Below, one piece after another: positions 60,911-64,000 of a DNA stretch of 64,000 nucleotides. Numbering within the stretch: the first letter of the stretch is position 1; every line of letters begins with the position of its first letter. This stretch comes from Guillardia theta CCMP2712 (Eukaryota > Protista > Cryptophyta). The position numbers were made by a program, and so were the translations under genes. Below the pieces are notes generated by a model. The model searched no databases. It was not told the DNA's origin and saw only the letters and a list, made by a program, of their open reading frames with translations. The stretch covers positions 443,985-507,984 of the forward strand of contig NW_005434637.1 of NCBI RefSeq assembly GCF_000315625.1, in the 5' to 3' direction.

Positions 60911-63056
60911 TCATACACAATGTTGGCAGCCTCTCGACTCATCTGCTCCTCTTCCCGACCACTTGAATGCGGAATCCTCGAATAGGTGAATCCTCATTGC
61001 TGGAATCTCGCCGTTTGGTCTTCTTGAGCTCCTCGAACTGTGCAGGATTGTGAGCTTTCGCTCCATGATTGGCAAAACAATAGGTGCCTGGTCAAGCTCT
61101 TTGATGAAATACTCCCTACGCCGTTGATAATGATCCTGAAGGATCTGGGAGGCTTGTCAATCATCGAGTAGATCCCTTGCACGATAGACTAACCTTCGAC
61201 TTCCTCCCCTCCTGTCTTGTCATCATCATCTTCTCTATGTTGGCATGTTCCCGGCAATGAAGCACCTGGCAGAGTATCATCGCTAGCATTGCAGATCCAA
61301 TCCCACGTCGGATTCATATTCTTTCAGAACGTATCCTGGCACTCTGTCAAGCTCAGTGACAAGCCTCTCTTGAGAGGAGTCCCGCCTCCCTCCCATTCCT
61401 GCCGATGCCATCACAAGCTCTAAGAAAGCAGCGGCAACGCACGTGAGCTCGTCAGCCTCGGAAGAGTTTCCTGCGAGCTGCCTTGAAGAAGGGGGCTGAG
61501 GACCGACCTGGATCAGCCGAGGAAACCAAAGGAGGAGGCCTCACATGTCGGTGGGGGCGATCTTCGGGGCTTGCGACAAGATCCCTTGGAACTCTTGCGG
61601 TATTTCAATCCAAGGCTTGCCGTCTGCCTGGACCATCACATACAAACAAAGGCTGTTTTAACCTCTACCTTGCCGAGACAAGGGCCTTGGTCTTGTCCAC
61701 CAGGGGCCCTCAGCCTTGGCAGCTCTCGATGGGCCACCTTCCCCCAGCTGATGCAGTGCTGCCTCCATTCCAAGCGCCATTTGCATGTCAGGGTCTCGAT
61801 TGTTCTGTCTCAACAGTCACAACACATCTTGGAAGAAGGGACGTGCCTTTTGTCTCTCCTTCTTCTCTTCGATCCTCCTGTTTCTGGCCTCCTCAGCGTC
61901 CGCCCGTGCCTCCTCCATCAAGTGCTCATCATCCACGATCGCAATGTTCTTGTAGTCTGCAAACAAAACTTGAAACCTCTCCAGCGAATCGCCGATATCT
62001 CGCAGCTCGAAAGCTTCAAAGTTTGGTTTGATGAGATATCTCGGGATTGATGTCTGCAGTCGCCAATCAACCTCCCGGCAACCAGACAGAACATTCATGT
62101 GCAGAAAAAGTACTTACGTTTATCATCCGCCTGAAGCCAAATTTCTGAAAGAAAGCTTTTGCCCCTACGTTCTCTGCGTGTACTCTGCACAGAGCGCTCT
62201 TGTAGTTCTTCTTGGCGTAAGTGACGAAGAGAGAGAAGAGCAGGACAGAGCCTAATCTTTCTCTCCGACAGTCCTGTCGCACCCACAAGTCACAGATCTC
62301 CAAGGAATGTGTTTCCTGGTATTTCACTGATTGCGCCCGAATCAATCCGTTGAGCGGGATCTTGCGGAGCTTCTCAACGTTCTTGATAAGAACGAGAAGC
62401 ATGCCTACGTCGGCGTTGGACTGCACATCCTGCATCCAAGACAGGGATGGGATCCGGTAGGGCGGGTGCTTCCCGTCCACTTCTGTCTCCCATGCCACGT
62501 AGCTCTTCTCCAGCCGCGCGGCATGGTTGGAGCTCATCTTCATGCTTGGAACCCTCACTACGCAGTTGAAGGCGGCCGAGATCTTGTCGAGGAGGAGATG
62601 AGAAGAGTTCACGTTGGTTTGTGTATTCATCGCCCTCTTCAGCAGCTGCCAACACGTGCCGTCCTTGGCGAGATCGATCGGCCTTTGCTTCAGCGCATCT
62701 TTTGTGTGAGGGTCTGCTCCGTGCTTCAGCAGCAAGCTAACAACGTCGGCATTCCTTGAAATCGCAGCAAAGTGCAGACAAGTTCTCAAGGAGGAACGTT
62801 CTTGCAGTGGATGCACTGTCTTTGTAACATCACACTTGTTCTTGATCAGAAATTCGCAGGATGAAACTTTCCCAGCCGCTGCAGCATGGTGGATGGGGAG
62901 GTACCCGTCCCCATCATACTCGTTGACTATATTTCTGCTCAGGTTCTTGAAGAACGATACGATCTTTTCGGCACTTGCCACATCGCCTCTGATCAAGTCC
63001 AAGTGAAACTTCTCTTTGTTCTTCCTTGCGTTTCGTTCAGCAAAAAGAAAGTCCAT
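60911..63056 (-). CDS. Ankyrin-repeat plus GNAT acetyltransferase protein
   Basis: DGYLPIHHAAAAG, TCLHFAAISRNADVVSLLLKHGAD, LWVRQDCRRERLGSVLL and VHAENVGAKAFFQKFGF. The 3' exons are approximate. Confidence 0.8.
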
Positions 63057-63619
63057 GCTTTGAGATCTTCTGATCTACTGCTGCTCATCACATGACCGAA
63101 CTACAATCGATACTTCAAGCGCTTCACTACAACGCTGCTTTCCTTGCCCGCGATCTTACAAGTTATCCCTATAGCAGACTCGACTTGTACTACCGTAAGT
63201 TAGTCGCGAGCATGGAACGTGCGTCCATCGGAGCTGGCGATTCTTTCACGCCATGGCGATCATGGCAGTCGGTTCCTTGGCAAACCCAGTGGCCCAAACC
63301 GCCTCCGAGGCTCGGGCCTACTGGCCGGCCCGGTGGCCCGGGCCTGGGCCCCGGTGGAATCTGAGTAAAAGCTTTGAGATGGTAGGATCTGTGGGATCCA
63401 CGAACTTGCGAGGGTTCTAGCTGAGAGAGGGAGAGGGAGGAGCAGGAGGCTGAGGTAGACCTTGAGGCGAGGCGAGGCGAGTAGGGGAGGAGAGGATCTC
63501 AAGGGGAGTCAGTCGTTGTGATCCTCACTCGACACACAACTTGTCCCTCCTCGCGCAAAGCTGCACAGAACAAAGAAAGTGCAACAGAATCGTGACTTTG
63601 TTTGCCCGCAGTGCCGAAA

Positions 63620-64000
63620 ATGGACAGCGACGAAGATGAAAATTTCGATACCAACTTCTCCGACCATGAGGACGAGGACACGGGGGAGGTGCAGAGAGAA
63701 TGAGGGGTACCTTGACTGGGTCCAAGTAATCTTTCGCCTCAGATCCAAAGCAAAGAGATGAACATAATCTTCTTGTTGGATTGCAGTGAGAAGATGCACA
63801 AGGAGATGAAATTCAGAGTGAGACGACAAACTTTCTCAGCTCTCACGTGACGAGCACGGCAGGACACCAAGACAGGAAAAGAAGTCTCCGATACGTATTT
63901 CAACCGGAGCTTGAGGGCAATATTCGACCTCTACCGAGACAGAGTGATGCTCCATGGCTTCTGCGCATTAGATTTAAACGCTCCTTGTTCTTTTTGCAGA
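63620..64000 (+). CDS. KU70: Ku70 (vWA N-terminus), 5' exons; continues beyond the window
   Basis: Acidic leader MDSDEDENFD..., then NIIFLLDCSEKM and TYFNRSLRAIFDLYRDR, matching the Ku70 vWA start. Confidence 0.7.

Noticed and set aside
1-64000. tRNA, rRNA or prokaryotic operon/defence-system features
   Set aside because: None recognised by eye. A covariance-model scan would be needed to exclude small ncRNAs.

Overview
This is gene-dense eukaryotic nuclear DNA with many short (~40-60 nt) spliceosomal introns, relaxed GT donors, bipartite complex-plastid presequences and several RWP-RK genes. That combination fits a cryptophyte such as Guillardia theta (inference). After splicing exons by eye, the recognisable genes are: Sct1/Gpt2-type glycerol-3-phosphate acyltransferase, RCC1-repeat protein, JmjC-like cupin, coproporphyrinogen III oxidase, FKBP-TPR immunophilin, sodium:solute symporter, VAMP7, Mic60, aquaporin, three RWP-RK factors (two in a tandem triplication), ENTH/epsinR, NUS1, SDE2, an ankyrin-GNAT protein and the 5' end of Ku70. 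Several coiled-coil and hypothetical genes are also present. The most unusual signal is non-coding. At least seven intergenic GC-rich islands share a small palindromic vocabulary (CCGG, GGCC, GTAC, GATC, GAGTC, GTCAC, AACTT). At 1.1-2.6 kb and 45.05-45.4 kb the island aligns to an unmodified paralog, which suggests ordinary DNA is being locally rewritten by directional substitutions and short insertions. Separately, GGGTA/TACCC and GGGTCAA motifs cluster at gene 5' ends. Exon boundaries were inferred manually and are approximate.
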